DNA from: a virus
Taxonomy: Duplodnaviria > Caudoviricetes
Virus record (IMG/VR): IMGVR_UViG_3300030376_003169
Location: 1 to 39,946 of that record
DNA: 39,946 nt
Strand: one strand, 5' to 3'
Below, piece by piece: positions 16,753 to 26,837 of the stretch (the first letter of the stretch is position 1; each line of letters starts with the position of its first letter). Made by a program: the position numbers and the translations under genes. The notes under the pieces are model-generated. The model had not been told where the DNA came from. It saw nothing but the letters and a program-made list of their open reading frames with translations, and ran no database searches.

Positions 16753-18816
16753 TTAACTTTCATTGTGAGTTGTATAAACTTTTAAATCTGCATCTATAGA
16801 TAAAAGGTCTACGGATTTTGCTGAAGCAAATGTTAATTTATTCCAAGACTCTTGTCCACTTGCAATTTTTAAATAATCTAAGGCATAAATCTTTGTACCA
16901 TCGCTACCAAATCTAAATAACACTCTATTTTTTAAAGGGTCATAGATGCCTATTGTTTGATTTAGGTTTGTTGAGCCTGTATATATATCTTTAATTGCAG
17001 TTGTAACTGGAGCACTACTCATCCCTGCACCTGTCATATAAATATTATCTGTACCTGCAAAGAACAAATATTGTCCAGCTTCTACAATACTATTTCTTGC
17101 TATACATCCGATATTTGCATCAGCTTCTCGTAGTGAGTAACTAGCTGGGTTACCAGAAGGAGCAAATAATTGATATACACCTCTTTCCATTAAAACAACT
17201 AGATTGTCGTTTAATCTTCGCATCCCCATTATCTCACCACCTTGTGAGTCTTTAATTTGTATGAAATTAGACACAGGTAAAATGTCTGGCTGATTTATTG
17301 GACTAAATATTATAAAGTCATCGTGCTTTTCAGCTTCATCATCAGGATCTAAATTTACATTTCCAGCAAAAAACCTTCCGTTTACAAAAGCACCATGCTT
17401 ATAATTAACTTTATTTTTTGTGGTAGTTAAAGGATGTGTCCTATCGTTTGTAAGACCATTGTCTACTACGTGTATTTTAAATTGATTTCCTGACAATGAC
17501 TCAAATCTATATCCATTGGTCATTTCTGCTATAGTAACATTGCTTCCTAGTGCAGTACTGTCAGCATTTAATTCTATAGCCCTGCCAAGACTTTTTGTTA
17601 CTGTTAAAAACTGAGTACCTATCTTTTGTATCCAGCCAATTTTTTCACCTACTGAAAAATTCCAATTATTTGATGTTCGTGTATCGTATACCATATTTTT
17701 ACCAAATCGTACACCATTAACACTTACACCACCAGAGGTTTGTTGAGAACCATTACCATCAAGATATGTACCTTGAATAGATATGCTAACATCCCAACCA
17801 TTAGAACTCACATTACTCGGTAAATAAATAACATTGTCTGTAAAATGGTCAGAGTCACTACCACTTACTCCATGACCTTTTAAATCTTTAGAAACACCAC
17901 CTATATTTACACTTACAACTCCTTGCGATTTGTCGCCTGATGTTACACTAGCATATACTGTGGAAATGGCATTAGATATTCCTCCTGCGTGTGCGTACGC
18001 TATATTGCCTATTCTTGACGTGCTGTTTCCAGCAGTCTTATCAGTTGAAGTTGATTTAGTAGATAAGTTTATAGACTTTACGAGTCTATATACAGGTGTC
18101 AAAGTATCGTCTGCACTAAAATGCCTGTACACATTAGCACCAGTAATTCTTGGGTTATAATCGTCTGTATCTACAGTAATAGAAAACTCTATTGAGTCAT
18201 CGTTTCCAGATACAGCTTGTTTTATAAATTGATCTTGGAGTTGAACTTCCTGATTTCCGTCAAACACAGGAACAACTTTATAATAGTATGTACCTGTGGC
18301 TAAAGAACCTGTAGCAGTACCTTCTTTATTTAGCGACCAAGTTGTTGGATATGAAGGACTTGCAGAATCATACTTTAAAGCATCGTGCGTATATCCACCA
18401 AAAAAGAATTCTCTATCAATGTACTGCAAAAAGCCAACATTTTGGTCATGTCCGTTTGCAAAACGTAAGCTATTAGCCATAGGTATTATTTGTATGTCTG
18501 AAGGTGGGTTAGATGAAAAAGTGTGCAATACAGCTTTATTAGAAAAATCTTTATTAAACTTTATGATTTCATTGCTTTGGTCTTCAAAGCCAATCCAATT
18601 AGCACCTCCAGTTAAATTACTGTCTACCCAATAAAATAATTGAGTAAGGTGCGTACCATTTAAAGTTCCTTTAGACTCCAGACCTTTTCTTTTGATTAAT
18701 TTCCCTAAGACATCTACATCAAAATTTTCAGTCTCAGATGTGGCGTTTGGTGGTATATCTTCAGGGTCGACGTTTGTTAATAGTCCACCATCGAATATTG
18801 GTATCTCTATTATCAT
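16753..18816 (-). CDS. Tail nozzle / stabilization protein (P22 gp10- or T7 gp12-like), apparently lacking its C-terminal domain
   Basis: FDGGL...P.DIP...ENFD...G.L.KRKG start; GRFFAGN, IIFS..NQPD, IGCIARNSI propeller motifs; GTYYYKVV insertion domain. Confidence 0.8.
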   Translation of the reverse strand: MIIEIPIFDGGLLTNVDPEDIPPNATSETENFDVDVLGKLIKRKGLESKGTLNGTHLTQLFYWVDSNLTGGANWIGFEDQSNEIIKFNKDFSNKAVLHTFSSNPPSDIQIIPMANSLRFANGHDQNVGFLQYIDREFFFGGYTHDALKYDSASPSYPTTWSLNKEGTATGSLATGTYYYKVVPVFDGNQEVQLQDQFIKQAVSGNDDSIEFSITVDTDDYNPRITGANVYRHFSADDTLTPVYRLVKSINLSTKSTSTDKTAGNSTSRIGNIAYAHAGGISNAISTVYASVTSGDKSQGVVSVNIGGVSKDLKGHGVSGSDSDHFTDNVIYLPSNVSSNGWDVSISIQGTYLDGNGSQQTSGGVSVNGVRFGKNMVYDTRTSNNWNFSVGEKIGWIQKIGTQFLTVTKSLGRAIELNADSTALGSNVTIAEMTNGYRFESLSGNQFKIHVVDNGLTNDRTHPLTTTKNKVNYKHGAFVNGRFFAGNVNLDPDDEAEKHDDFIIFSPINQPDILPVSNFIQIKDSQGGEIMGMRRLNDNLVVLMERGVYQLFAPSGNPASYSLREADANIGCIARNSIVEAGQYLFFAGTDNIYMTGAGMSSAPVTTAIKDIYTGSTNLNQTIGIYDPLKNRVLFRFGSDGTKIYALDYLKIASGQESWNKLTFASAKSVDLLSIDADLKVYTTHNES

Positions 18817-19736
18817 AAAACATCTTGGACTTGACCAGAGCCATAACTCTGTCGACTTTGATATTGACCCTTAACAATGTCTCTGTTCCGATTATATCTA
18901 CTCATATGCCTATCAGATAAATCATATCTACCTATGTCTTCATATAGCATTGCTTTTATATAATCTATAAGCATAGGATGGTATGCTTGTAAAATTGATG
19001 GACTGTCTCCAGCCTTAGCAAAACTATATGCTAATCCACTGGTTGTTGCTCTTGCACCTAGACCTATTGTGTCCCAATTTGATAATAAATTATTCCAAGT
19101 ATTTTGTTCTTGTAGATTCATAGCCTGTTCTTCGTCAAGTTGAACAATTTGCTCATTGGCTTGGAACGTGCCAGATACATTGGAAACAACTAAAGTACCA
19201 GTTTTATTATCATTTATATCTTCTTCTATAGTTGCTGTAGCATTTGAGGTCATGCCTTGCACTTCCTTGCCAACTTGCCAATATCCAGATAATAGATTAG
19301 TATAATTTATTCGTTTATAAGCAGTAGCACTATCTTCCAGATTATTTACAGTCGCTACGTAATTAAAAAGCAACCTACCTACAGTTTGTGGGGAAGGGTA
19401 CAAACAAAGGTTGTTGCCTTTTATTTCATAATATTCTGGTGTACCGACTCTGTATGTGCCATCTGAATTTCTTCTGGCAAACATTTTGTGTTCAGGATAA
19501 ATCCTAACAACACGATTGCGAAACTCAATGTAACTAGCAAGTTCAATAAAGTCATCAGGTAGCTCAATTTCTCTATCATCTTTATCTATATATACGCCAC
19601 GAGTCCTCTCGTACGATTTTGTATGATAAGCAAAGTCTTGTTGAGCTTCTTCGCCATATTTTTTGGCTTTAACTTTTGTTTCATCGCTAGGCTCAAAAGG
19701 AACACTAGCTCGGTCTACGATCTGTGACCAAAGCAT
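18813..19736 (-). CDS. Head-tail adaptor/ring protein with inserted beta domain
   Basis: EAQ, ELPDDF, GTPEYY, LYPSP and YHPMLIDY adaptor motifs. Confidence 0.75.
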   Translation of the reverse strand: MLWSQIVDRASVPFEPSDETKVKAKKYGEEAQQDFAYHTKSYERTRGVYIDKDDREIELPDDFIELASYIEFRNRVVRIYPEHKMFARRNSDGTYRVGTPEYYEIKGNNLCLYPSPQTVGRLLFNYVATVNNLEDSATAYKRINYTNLLSGYWQVGKEVQGMTSNATATIEEDINDNKTGTLVVSNVSGTFQANEQIVQLDEEQAMNLQEQNTWNNLLSNWDTIGLGARATTSGLAYSFAKAGDSPSILQAYHPMLIDYIKAMLYEDIGRYDLSDRHMSRYNRNRDIVKGQYQSRQSYGSGQVQDVL

Positions 19737-20470
19737 TATGCTCTACCCTGCGTACCAATTCCTTTTGGTTTTTCTACCTGATACCTATCATTTAGTGCTT
19801 TTATTAAATTAATTGCATTTGTATAAGCTACTCCAGCTCTGTCAGGTTTATTATCCATTTTCCATAGCTGTGATTCTGCAAAGTCTAATATTACTTCGTG
19901 CAAAGATACATTCATCTCACATTCAGTAGAAAGCGTTCCACTTGTATATTCCGTTGGATTTTTTACATACCAAACATCTAACGCTTTTACTGCATCTGTG
20001 CCAGTTAAAGGTTCGACATAAATTGCATCTTGAAATACGTAGGCTACAGGATTACTTCCTGAACCAGCTAAATATGAATTTTCTAATCTTTTAACGTCTT
20101 GTGGTTCAATCATATTTGCAAAACCTAAAGACACTAAAGCGAAGTCAGACCCACCAGTTGTACCAGTAGATTTGTACGCCTTCACAGCAACCACTCCACC
20201 ACGTATAGGATCAATATTTAAATCACTAGCACTGCTACCTGTAAAGTTAGATTTACCTGACGCTACTCCGTTAGCAGTTACGCCTCCACCAGCCGTAGAA
20301 GTTGCTAAATCAATGCTTTGTAATTCTGTTAAATATGCGTTATCTATAAGACTTACGACAGTACGCTGTGCAATATTAATTGCTTTAATTTTTGTCGCTT
20401 GGGTAAATGATGCTTGATCAGGGTCTTCCAACCTTAGTCCGAGCATATCTACCATTTCAGTTCCAGTCAT
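19736..20470 (-). CDS. Head-tail adaptor/ring protein
   Basis: INIAQ, PVAY...IYVEP, WYVKNP and LHEVILDFA motifs; follows capsid genes. Confidence 0.75.
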   Translation of the reverse strand: MTGTEMVDMLGLRLEDPDQASFTQATKIKAINIAQRTVVSLIDNAYLTELQSIDLATSTAGGGVTANGVASGKSNFTGSSASDLNIDPIRGGVVAVKAYKSTGTTGGSDFALVSLGFANMIEPQDVKRLENSYLAGSGSNPVAYVFQDAIYVEPLTGTDAVKALDVWYVKNPTEYTSGTLSTECEMNVSLHEVILDFAESQLWKMDNKPDRAGVAYTNAINLIKALNDRYQVEKPKGIGTQGRA

Positions 20471-20491
20471 TTTTTCCCTTTATTGTGTAAA

Positions 20492-20515
20492 GTGGGGCGT
20501 AATTAAACACCCCAC
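20492..20515 (-). terminator. Hairpin after capsid genes (probable leaky terminator or mRNA stabiliser)
   Basis: Minus strand GTGGGGTGT-TTAATT-ACGCCCCAC followed by only TTT. Confidence 0.65.
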
Positions 20516-20528
20516 ATTTACGGTTTAA

Positions 20529-20759
20529 CTAACTAGCTCTAGTTACTTTTTTCCATGTACCAGTTGCTACAGTACAAACATACATGTCTGCACCATTAAC
20601 ATCAACACAGATAGAGCCTTTAACTGCTGAGTGAGCAGGTACTCCACTGCCAGTGTAGATATCTACACCACCAATAGAAGTCTTAACGAACCCACCAGCG
20701 TCTTTTTCTGTTACCATTCCGACAGTTTTCTTGTCAGAACTTGCTTGTGTTATTGCCAT
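20529..20759 (-). CDS. Putative capsid decoration / head fibre protein
   Basis: GSGVP...AVKGS...MYVC...GTWKKV motif, AGGAG SD, directly after the major capsid gene. Confidence 0.6.
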   Translation of the reverse strand: MAITQASSDKKTVGMVTEKDAGGFVKTSIGGVDIYTGSGVPAHSAVKGSICVDVNGADMYVCTVATGTWKKVTRAS

Positions 20760-20771
20760 TATTTTCTCCTA

Positions 20772-21746
20772 TTAATAAGCAGATGGAAGCCCTGTTATCT
20801 TACCCATATAGCGAGGAGCAGAACAGGTTAATGCTCCAAGCCATAGAATCTTCGCTACCCTAGCATCTTGATTAAGAGGCTTTTGATAAGGTTCAAAGCT
20901 GAAGTTTCTCTTTCTGTGATGTCTAAACTGCAAATAGTTCTCGTTTAAGAAGAACATCATACCAGCAGGACAATGGTCGTCAGCAAACACAGGAATATCA
21001 CGGAATGTTAAATTCCTAAATCCAGCGTCAGCTTCAGAACCAGCAGATGCACCAAAACGCTTTTGAGCAACCAATGATTCCTCATAAGCATCTAAAATAA
21101 CTGGAGTTGTTACAATCATTGTAGGTCTTTGACCATCAATGGTTAATGAACTCACAGCTTTTCTTAGGTGATCTTGAATAAAGTTAGCGTTACCATCCGT
21201 TACAATATTTGCATAGGTTGGTGTACCAGAAACAGCATCAATGTACCCACCTTGAAACCAAGAGTAAGTACCCCTGTCTATTCCACCAAGCGTTCCACTA
21301 GCTTTAATAATATGCTGTAAACCCACAAATTCGTCACCAGAACCAGTTTGTGTGCCATACAGCGTTGTGCCAAACGTATCTTTCATAGATTTTTCAGCGT
21401 TCTTAACTTTTGCCTCTAGCAAGTCAATTACTCTTTCTGCACCATCATTTAAAGCTTCTTCACGACCAGATATAGAAATGGTAGCATACATTTGCTTCCA
21501 ATCATAACTTGCATCTGTGAATACTTCAGTTGGAGCAGTATCCATAACGTCATAGCCGTTATAGAATCCAGCACTTGTGCTTTTGCCATATTCAACAGGT
21601 TGTAAAACCTTGTTACCACTGGCACTAGCTTTTGACTTCCTCAAGAGGCGATGTGTCAAGACATTACTTTCAAAGATATTATCTACCATTAAAGGAATGT
21701 ATTTATCCTTCGTCAAAGCAGATAAATTATCATAGTTTAAAGACAT
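20772..21746 (-). CDS. Major capsid protein
   Basis: DNIF, G..F.GL..I, GGIDR..Y.W, GF..L.F and FLNENYL motifs; portal-scaffold-capsid order. Confidence 0.92.
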   Translation of the reverse strand: MSLNYDNLSALTKDKYIPLMVDNIFESNVLTHRLLRKSKASASGNKVLQPVEYGKSTSAGFYNGYDVMDTAPTEVFTDASYDWKQMYATISISGREEALNDGAERVIDLLEAKVKNAEKSMKDTFGTTLYGTQTGSGDEFVGLQHIIKASGTLGGIDRGTYSWFQGGYIDAVSGTPTYANIVTDGNANFIQDHLRKAVSSLTIDGQRPTMIVTTPVILDAYEESLVAQKRFGASAGSEADAGFRNLTFRDIPVFADDHCPAGMMFFLNENYLQFRHHRKRNFSFEPYQKPLNQDARVAKILWLGALTCSAPRYMGKITGLPSAY

Positions 21747-21770
21747 TTGTCTTTCCCCCTATTAGATTAT

Positions 21771-22688
21771 TTATTCAAATAGCTGATAATCACTTAAAGC
21801 AACATTCCTTGCATGGTCATAATCAGGAGATTTTTCTACAGTTGGACTGTGGTCTCCTTTTTTATTACTATCCACTTCAGGTATAGCCTTTAGTTCATCA
21901 GCTTCTTTTAACTTCTTCATCGCCTTCATCATTGCAGATTCTTCAGTAGCTCTAGCTTGAGCAAGAGTAAAAGCGTCTTCTAAGTCGGCAATATTCCGAT
22001 CTACGGCAATATCTAACACCTCTGATATTGCATCGCTATCATCTTTAAGCTCTGGGTGTGTAAGTACAAGTTGATTTATCTCTTGTGCAACTTGCTCTTT
22101 AAGTTGCATATTTTGTACCTGAGCTTCTAGTTCACTGACCCTACTATCATCCTGATTTTCCACAGGTGGTGTTGGCTCAGCTTCTTGACTTTCTTCTGCA
22201 TATTCTGAAAACTTTACATCCGACTCTTTAAAAAACTCATGGTCTTCACCAAGTAAGTCTTTCATAGTTTCTACAACTTCATCATCCTTCATCACACCAT
22301 TGATTCGGTCGAACTCAGCTTTTAAAGCCTTTTCTTGACTAGCAATTTCTTGAGCTTTTTGAGTATTGCTCTTTTGCCAATCGGCTTTATTACTAGAGTC
22401 TTTTATAAACTCTTGTAGCTGTTCAGTTGTATAGGTTTGTCCATCTATTTCGATTTCAGTAAAATCAATTACTTCAGGACTACCATCATCTGTAGGTACA
22501 GTTTCTTGAGAATTTTCAAGTTGCTCAGTTTCCTGAGTCTTTACTGGTTCTTCAGTCGTTGCCTCACTGCTGGTTTCACTTTCCGTTTCAGTTAGCTGTT
22601 GCTCCCCCTCATTGGGTGTAAACAGGGAGTCAGCTACTTCATTGTCTATTGAGACTCCGTAAGTGCCTCCTTCTATGTTCTCACTCAT
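21771..22688 (-). CDS. Capsid scaffolding protein
   Basis: Very acidic, coiled-coil; IEIDG...TQKAQEIA motif; AGGAG SD. Confidence 0.8.
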   Translation of the reverse strand: MSENIEGGTYGVSIDNEVADSLFTPNEGEQQLTETESETSSEATTEEPVKTQETEQLENSQETVPTDDGSPEVIDFTEIEIDGQTYTTEQLQEFIKDSSNKADWQKSNTQKAQEIASQEKALKAEFDRINGVMKDDEVVETMKDLLGEDHEFFKESDVKFSEYAEESQEAEPTPPVENQDDSRVSELEAQVQNMQLKEQVAQEINQLVLTHPELKDDSDAISEVLDIAVDRNIADLEDAFTLAQARATEESAMMKAMKKLKEADELKAIPEVDSNKKGDHSPTVEKSPDYDHARNVALSDYQLFE

Positions 22689-22767
22689 AGTTTTATTTTC
22701 TCCTAAATTGTAAGAACTGTACTAATTAAATTTCTTATTAAACATATCTTTAAAATAGTAAAAGCGT

Positions 22768-24528
22768 TTATCTTTGCACTTGGTCTACAAGTTCAGGGTT
22801 ATTGATTAACGCTTCATACATTTCGTCTTCATTGCCACCTACTTGGTCTGGGGTCATAGGCTGGTCTTGTTCTTCCTTTTGTTTTCTAATATGCTCTAAC
22901 AATCTTTCTTTAGACGGCATTTCCATATTATCAACAATATACTCAGGGTCAGTTATGATGCCAAGTTGGGCAAGTTGAAGTATTTTATTCTCTAAAAATG
23001 TTCTGTTCTCAGGTAACATGCTTCCAGTTTTAGCCCGTACCATCAAATCTACATCTTTAAACATTACTCCAATCATATCTCGAGCTTCTCGCAATCCATC
23101 ATTACCTACAAAATTTACTCGTAGCACTTTGTTGCCTAAGTTTTTAAACATAGCGACCCACATAGTCCCTAAAGTTGTGATAGCTTGATCTAAGGTTCGT
23201 GATTTAAAATCTATTTTTGTTGTACTTGCTTGTCTGTATATCTGTGCTTGTACACCACTTGTTACATTAGATGCCTCTTTACCTTGTGTTGCTTTATTAA
23301 CTCCACTTACTGTTTCAAAAACGTCAGCAAGAAGTTGATAAAAGTTGAACACATAAGATGGCATACTAGGAGGATTTTGCATTTGTACGTTACCAGCACC
23401 TTTTTTTCGTATAACTTGTGCAGGTTTATTCGTTATTTGGTTCTCTACTCCAGTAGATTCATCTACAATCCACATAGGATTAGCAGTTAAATGTATGTTA
23501 TCCATTACTTGAGATGATATTCTGTCCATTGCAAGGTTTAAAGATTTTAATCTTTTTGGTTCTGGTTTTCCCCAAAAAGAATGAGGTGAGCCAGTATTTT
23601 TAATATTAATAAACGGAAAAGGGTGGGGACAGTGATTCTTTTTATTATAGAACGGGTACTTTGTTTTTCCGTCATAAAGTAATACTCCATTACTAATAAT
23701 TACCTGCCTTACACCATTTGGGTATTTAAATTTTTTCTCTTCTTTGCCGTCTTCAGTATAGGTGTACTCTTTAGACGGGTCTCTCATATAGCACTCAATA
23801 ACTAATGATCGAGGCTCTAGGTCTTCCATAGCTTTGCCATAGCTATCATAATAATTTGTTTCCTGACCTTTTGTATCTGTAACCTGTATTTTTTCATCAC
23901 CAAAATTTGATGTTCCAATTTTAGTAGCTGAATATTTATCAAGGTTAGCCATAGGTTTTACATGCTCACCATTTTCGAAACGCTCTTTTATTTCATATAT
24001 TGGCATAGCTGAAGCAAGGCATACCCATTCAGCGTTCTCTAGTTTAGTCGCAGAAGGATTTACGTAAAAATTAAAAGGGTCTATAATATCACAATCAGGC
24101 ATATCGTCTATATTATTCCAGCTAGTTTTAAGAATACCAGTCCCATACACAAGATAATCCAATAAAAATTCTGGAATCATATTTTGCATATCTCGTATTT
24201 GCCACAATTCATCCATAAACGATTGTAAGGTATCTGCTACATTTGCTCCTTCATTACTTCCTGAAACTGACATAATGTCAATTTTAGGTGGTCGTGAAGT
24301 CAATATAGGAATCATGGTATCAATAGCTGAGGCAATTAGGTCTACTGTAATTTGATTTTTAAACTGGGGCATATTCATACCTTCCCAGTGATTGCCTTGA
24401 TATAAACCTTCAGCCTCTCTCCATAGCTTAGTCACCTCTGCTCGAGCTGTTCTTGCCATCTGAAACATATTTTCTGTACGCTTGATTACTTCACTTTGTT
24501 GAGGTGTTGGATTGTATTTTTCTAACAT
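22768..24528 (-). CDS. Portal protein
   Basis: YQGNHW, YGTGILK, FYVNPSA, ETVSGV...QG and TSGV motifs; 586 aa after terminase. Confidence 0.92.
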   Translation of the reverse strand: MLEKYNPTPQQSEVIKRTENMFQMARTARAEVTKLWREAEGLYQGNHWEGMNMPQFKNQITVDLIASAIDTMIPILTSRPPKIDIMSVSGSNEGANVADTLQSFMDELWQIRDMQNMIPEFLLDYLVYGTGILKTSWNNIDDMPDCDIIDPFNFYVNPSATKLENAEWVCLASAMPIYEIKERFENGEHVKPMANLDKYSATKIGTSNFGDEKIQVTDTKGQETNYYDSYGKAMEDLEPRSLVIECYMRDPSKEYTYTEDGKEEKKFKYPNGVRQVIISNGVLLYDGKTKYPFYNKKNHCPHPFPFINIKNTGSPHSFWGKPEPKRLKSLNLAMDRISSQVMDNIHLTANPMWIVDESTGVENQITNKPAQVIRKKGAGNVQMQNPPSMPSYVFNFYQLLADVFETVSGVNKATQGKEASNVTSGVQAQIYRQASTTKIDFKSRTLDQAITTLGTMWVAMFKNLGNKVLRVNFVGNDGLREARDMIGVMFKDVDLMVRAKTGSMLPENRTFLENKILQLAQLGIITDPEYIVDNMEMPSKERLLEHIRKQKEEQDQPMTPDQVGGNEDEMYEALINNPELVDQVQR

Positions 24529-24710
24529 TTTGTTCCTATTGGATAATAATTTGGGTCAGTTTTCATGTCTAAGAATTGTGTTGCTATACCTGCTACAGCC
24601 ATTTCGTATTCTCTCATAGACGCATCATCTAGCTCTACTTCAGAAGCATCATTAGTAGGTAATGCTATTTCATATTGTCCGTCTTCATCAAACAAAACAA
24701 TAGTAATCAA
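24522..24710 (-). CDS. Small acidic hypothetical protein
   Basis: Fills the gap between terminase and portal with short overlaps; TTG start. Confidence 0.55.
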   Translation of the reverse strand: MITIVLFDEDGQYEIALPTNDASEVELDDASMREYEMAVAGIATQFLDMKTDPNYYPIGTKC

Positions 24711-26086
24711 TTCCTTACTCCGTCTATGTTGCTCTCCATTGCTAATAATTTTTCTAGCTCCCTTTGTAAGAACGGCTTGGTTGTTTCCTTACTTGGTCTA
24801 CCTAAATACATTAAATTGTATCTAAGAGCATCAGCAAGGTGGTCTTCCTGAGTCGTATCTAAATCTTCTGGACGTTTTTCTGAATGAACTAACATTGGCA
24901 GAGTCCTAATAAGATTTTTACAATTAGAGAAAAATTTAATACGTGGCTCAGGTTTATCCGAATCATTCCATTCTAAATACTCCCTTACGACGTTCCAGCC
25001 GTTAACTCTGTCATTATTTGCTCTATTCACAGGTACACCATCCGTTGTCATAATTTCAGCTATACTCATGTGCGATGGCATAGCATTTGACCAGTTATTA
25101 GTATTTTGTGGGTTTCTTATCCACATAGCAGGGTCGGCTAATGTATTTTGATATTTCTCATCCCCACTTAACTCTAAAATCTTTGCTGTATGGTAAGACA
25201 GGGGTTGTTGTTTCTCATAATGCTCACGATATACATAAGCATTGCCATCAAAGTCTACAGCCGTCCAAATCGTTGCAAAATAATTTGCAAATCCGTAGTC
25301 TATTGATCTATAACGATACCAGTCTTTGGGTATCTTGAAGGGTTTACAAACGTGTTTTTCGTAGCGAAATTTGTTAAAATACTGTCCACTAAAGACATCC
25401 CAGTCGCCATCGAGCCAAGCTCTTCGCAATTCTTCTGGTAAACCTTCTAAATGCTTTACGTAATTAGGGTCAGCTTCCATTAGCGTAGGATTATCATATA
25501 CTTGAGATGGAATAAAAATACGACTTTGGCTAGTAACGGGGTCTATATATTCTTTATTTCTAGCGACATCTACCCATCTTTGTTTTACCCATTGGTGACC
25601 TACACCACCGGGATTTGTTGTACAAAATACTTGTGGTTCGAGTTCTTTTATGGTGGAGCGACAAGTAGATATAAGTCGTAAATAATTTTCTTCAGTAGGT
25701 ATAATAGTTAACTCTTCTATCAGTATCTTATGGTATTCGTGACCAAGATACTTATAAGTAGCATCACTATCGGCTAAGTGACCCGTTCTAATCTTAGCTC
25801 CACTAGGAAACCTAAATTCGGCTGGATTGCCTGTTACCTTAACACCCAAACTGGTATAAAATATTTTTGCTCTGTCAATCCAATCACGGAGGTCGTCATA
25901 ATTTCTACGAATAACTAATCCTCTATAGCTAGGGTTATTTAAATAGGTGGGTTCTATCATCCAAGCTATACCAGCACTCGTTTTTCCACCACCTCTGCTA
26001 CCTCCAAAGAGAATTTCTTTTGCTGTTTGCTGTAAAGCTCTAGTCTGTGCACCTTTATGGGGTTGCCATAGTATTTTTTCAGGCAT
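24707..26086 (-). CDS. terL: Terminase large subunit
   Basis: GGSRGGGKT Walker A, ILIEE Walker B, TTNPGG, IDYG and DHLADALRY nuclease motifs. Confidence 0.96.
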   Translation of the reverse strand: MPEKILWQPHKGAQTRALQQTAKEILFGGSRGGGKTSAGIAWMIEPTYLNNPSYRGLVIRRNYDDLRDWIDRAKIFYTSLGVKVTGNPAEFRFPSGAKIRTGHLADSDATYKYLGHEYHKILIEELTIIPTEENYLRLISTCRSTIKELEPQVFCTTNPGGVGHQWVKQRWVDVARNKEYIDPVTSQSRIFIPSQVYDNPTLMEADPNYVKHLEGLPEELRRAWLDGDWDVFSGQYFNKFRYEKHVCKPFKIPKDWYRYRSIDYGFANYFATIWTAVDFDGNAYVYREHYEKQQPLSYHTAKILELSGDEKYQNTLADPAMWIRNPQNTNNWSNAMPSHMSIAEIMTTDGVPVNRANNDRVNGWNVVREYLEWNDSDKPEPRIKFFSNCKNLIRTLPMLVHSEKRPEDLDTTQEDHLADALRYNLMYLGRPSKETTKPFLQRELEKLLAMESNIDGVRN

Positions 26087-26346
26087 TAACTACAGCGACA
26101 TTTCCATTTGCGTAACGATTTATTTACCCTTGAGTTGGGGTCGTTAGCAGTTGCTCTTCCAGTGCGTTTCTTTTTCATACCACACATACGAGCACAAAAA
26201 GATTTTTTTCTGGATTTACGGTCACCAGTAGGATTGGATTCAGTAACGGGGGGCTTAAGTGTACCTTTTGTATAACTTGCCCTACCTTTAGCATTAAGTC
26301 CTCCAGAAGGAGACTTTCCTTCTTTTCTAGTCCAAGCCTGAGCCAT
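26086..26346 (-). CDS. Small basic phage protein (DUF6321-like)
   Basis: AWTRKEGK..SGGLNAKGRAS...KSFCARM motif recalled from aquatic phage proteins. Confidence 0.7.
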   Translation of the reverse strand: MAQAWTRKEGKSPSGGLNAKGRASYTKGTLKPPVTESNPTGDRKSRKKSFCARMCGMKKKRTGRATANDPNSRVNKSLRKWKCRCS

Positions 26347-26498
26347 TATACCATCTTAACTTTCTTTTTCTTTTTGACTGCAAAGCCACCCTTTTTCTTT
26401 CTCATTTTTTCATAAGTTTTAGGGTCTACGGTTGAATTAGTTTTTGAACGACTTGTTCCTGCTCTTCTTCTTTTGTTTATGTTTTCATATAAGCTCAT
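26346..26498 (-). CDS. Small highly basic protein (50 aa)
   Basis: Manual translation MSLYENINKRRRAGTSRSKTNSTVDPKTYEKMRKKKGGFAVKKKKKVKMV; tiles exactly between neighbours. Confidence 0.75.
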   Translation of the reverse strand: MSLYENINKRRRAGTSRSKTNSTVDPKTYEKMRKKKGGFAVKKKKKVKMV

Positions 26499-26837
26499 TT
26501 ATGCCTCTGCTGATATATCTTTTATTACCTCCTCGGCAACCTTATCAACTTCTGTAGGTGCTTGGGGGGTGGGTCGGTTAATCTTTTTCTCAGGCAATAC
26601 AATAACGCCTTGAGATATTTCACCCTTCACATCCATTTCTACTGATTTAAGATGTGGGGCAATACGATCTATAAGTGTGGTAATAGCTTTAAACTGGTTG
26701 GGGTCACCATCAGTCATAGCTGTATCAAATATTTTTTGTAATAATGCTGGAGTTTGAGGGTGGTTGCGTATCCATTCTCCCCAAGACTTAGCTAGGTTTT
26801 TCTTTGTGTTTTTCATTTGCAATATTCCCTGTGGCAA
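26499..26837 (-). CDS. Putative terminase small subunit
   Basis: First late gene; helical core KAITTLIDR followed by a beta tail GVIVLPEK. Start uncertain. Confidence 0.55.
   Translation of the reverse strand: MPQGILQMKNTKKNLAKSWGEWIRNHPQTPALLQKIFDTAMTDGDPNQFKAITTLIDRIAPHLKSVEMDVKGEISQGVIVLPEKKINRPTPQAPTEVDKVAEEVIKDISAEA

Noticed and set aside
13522-16755. 12-bp repeat CTAACATACTTA at two gene junctions flanking the nozzle accessory block
   Set aside because: Mostly stop plus start codon sequence; 12-mers recur by chance in AT-rich DNA; deletion between copies would remove both putative nozzle C-domains.
2024-25338. Many plus-strand ORFs in the track opposite the structural genes (e.g. 2024..2527, 4958..5659, 14573..15118)
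   Set aside because: Antisense shadows of strongly biased genes; no SD, motifs or operon logic.
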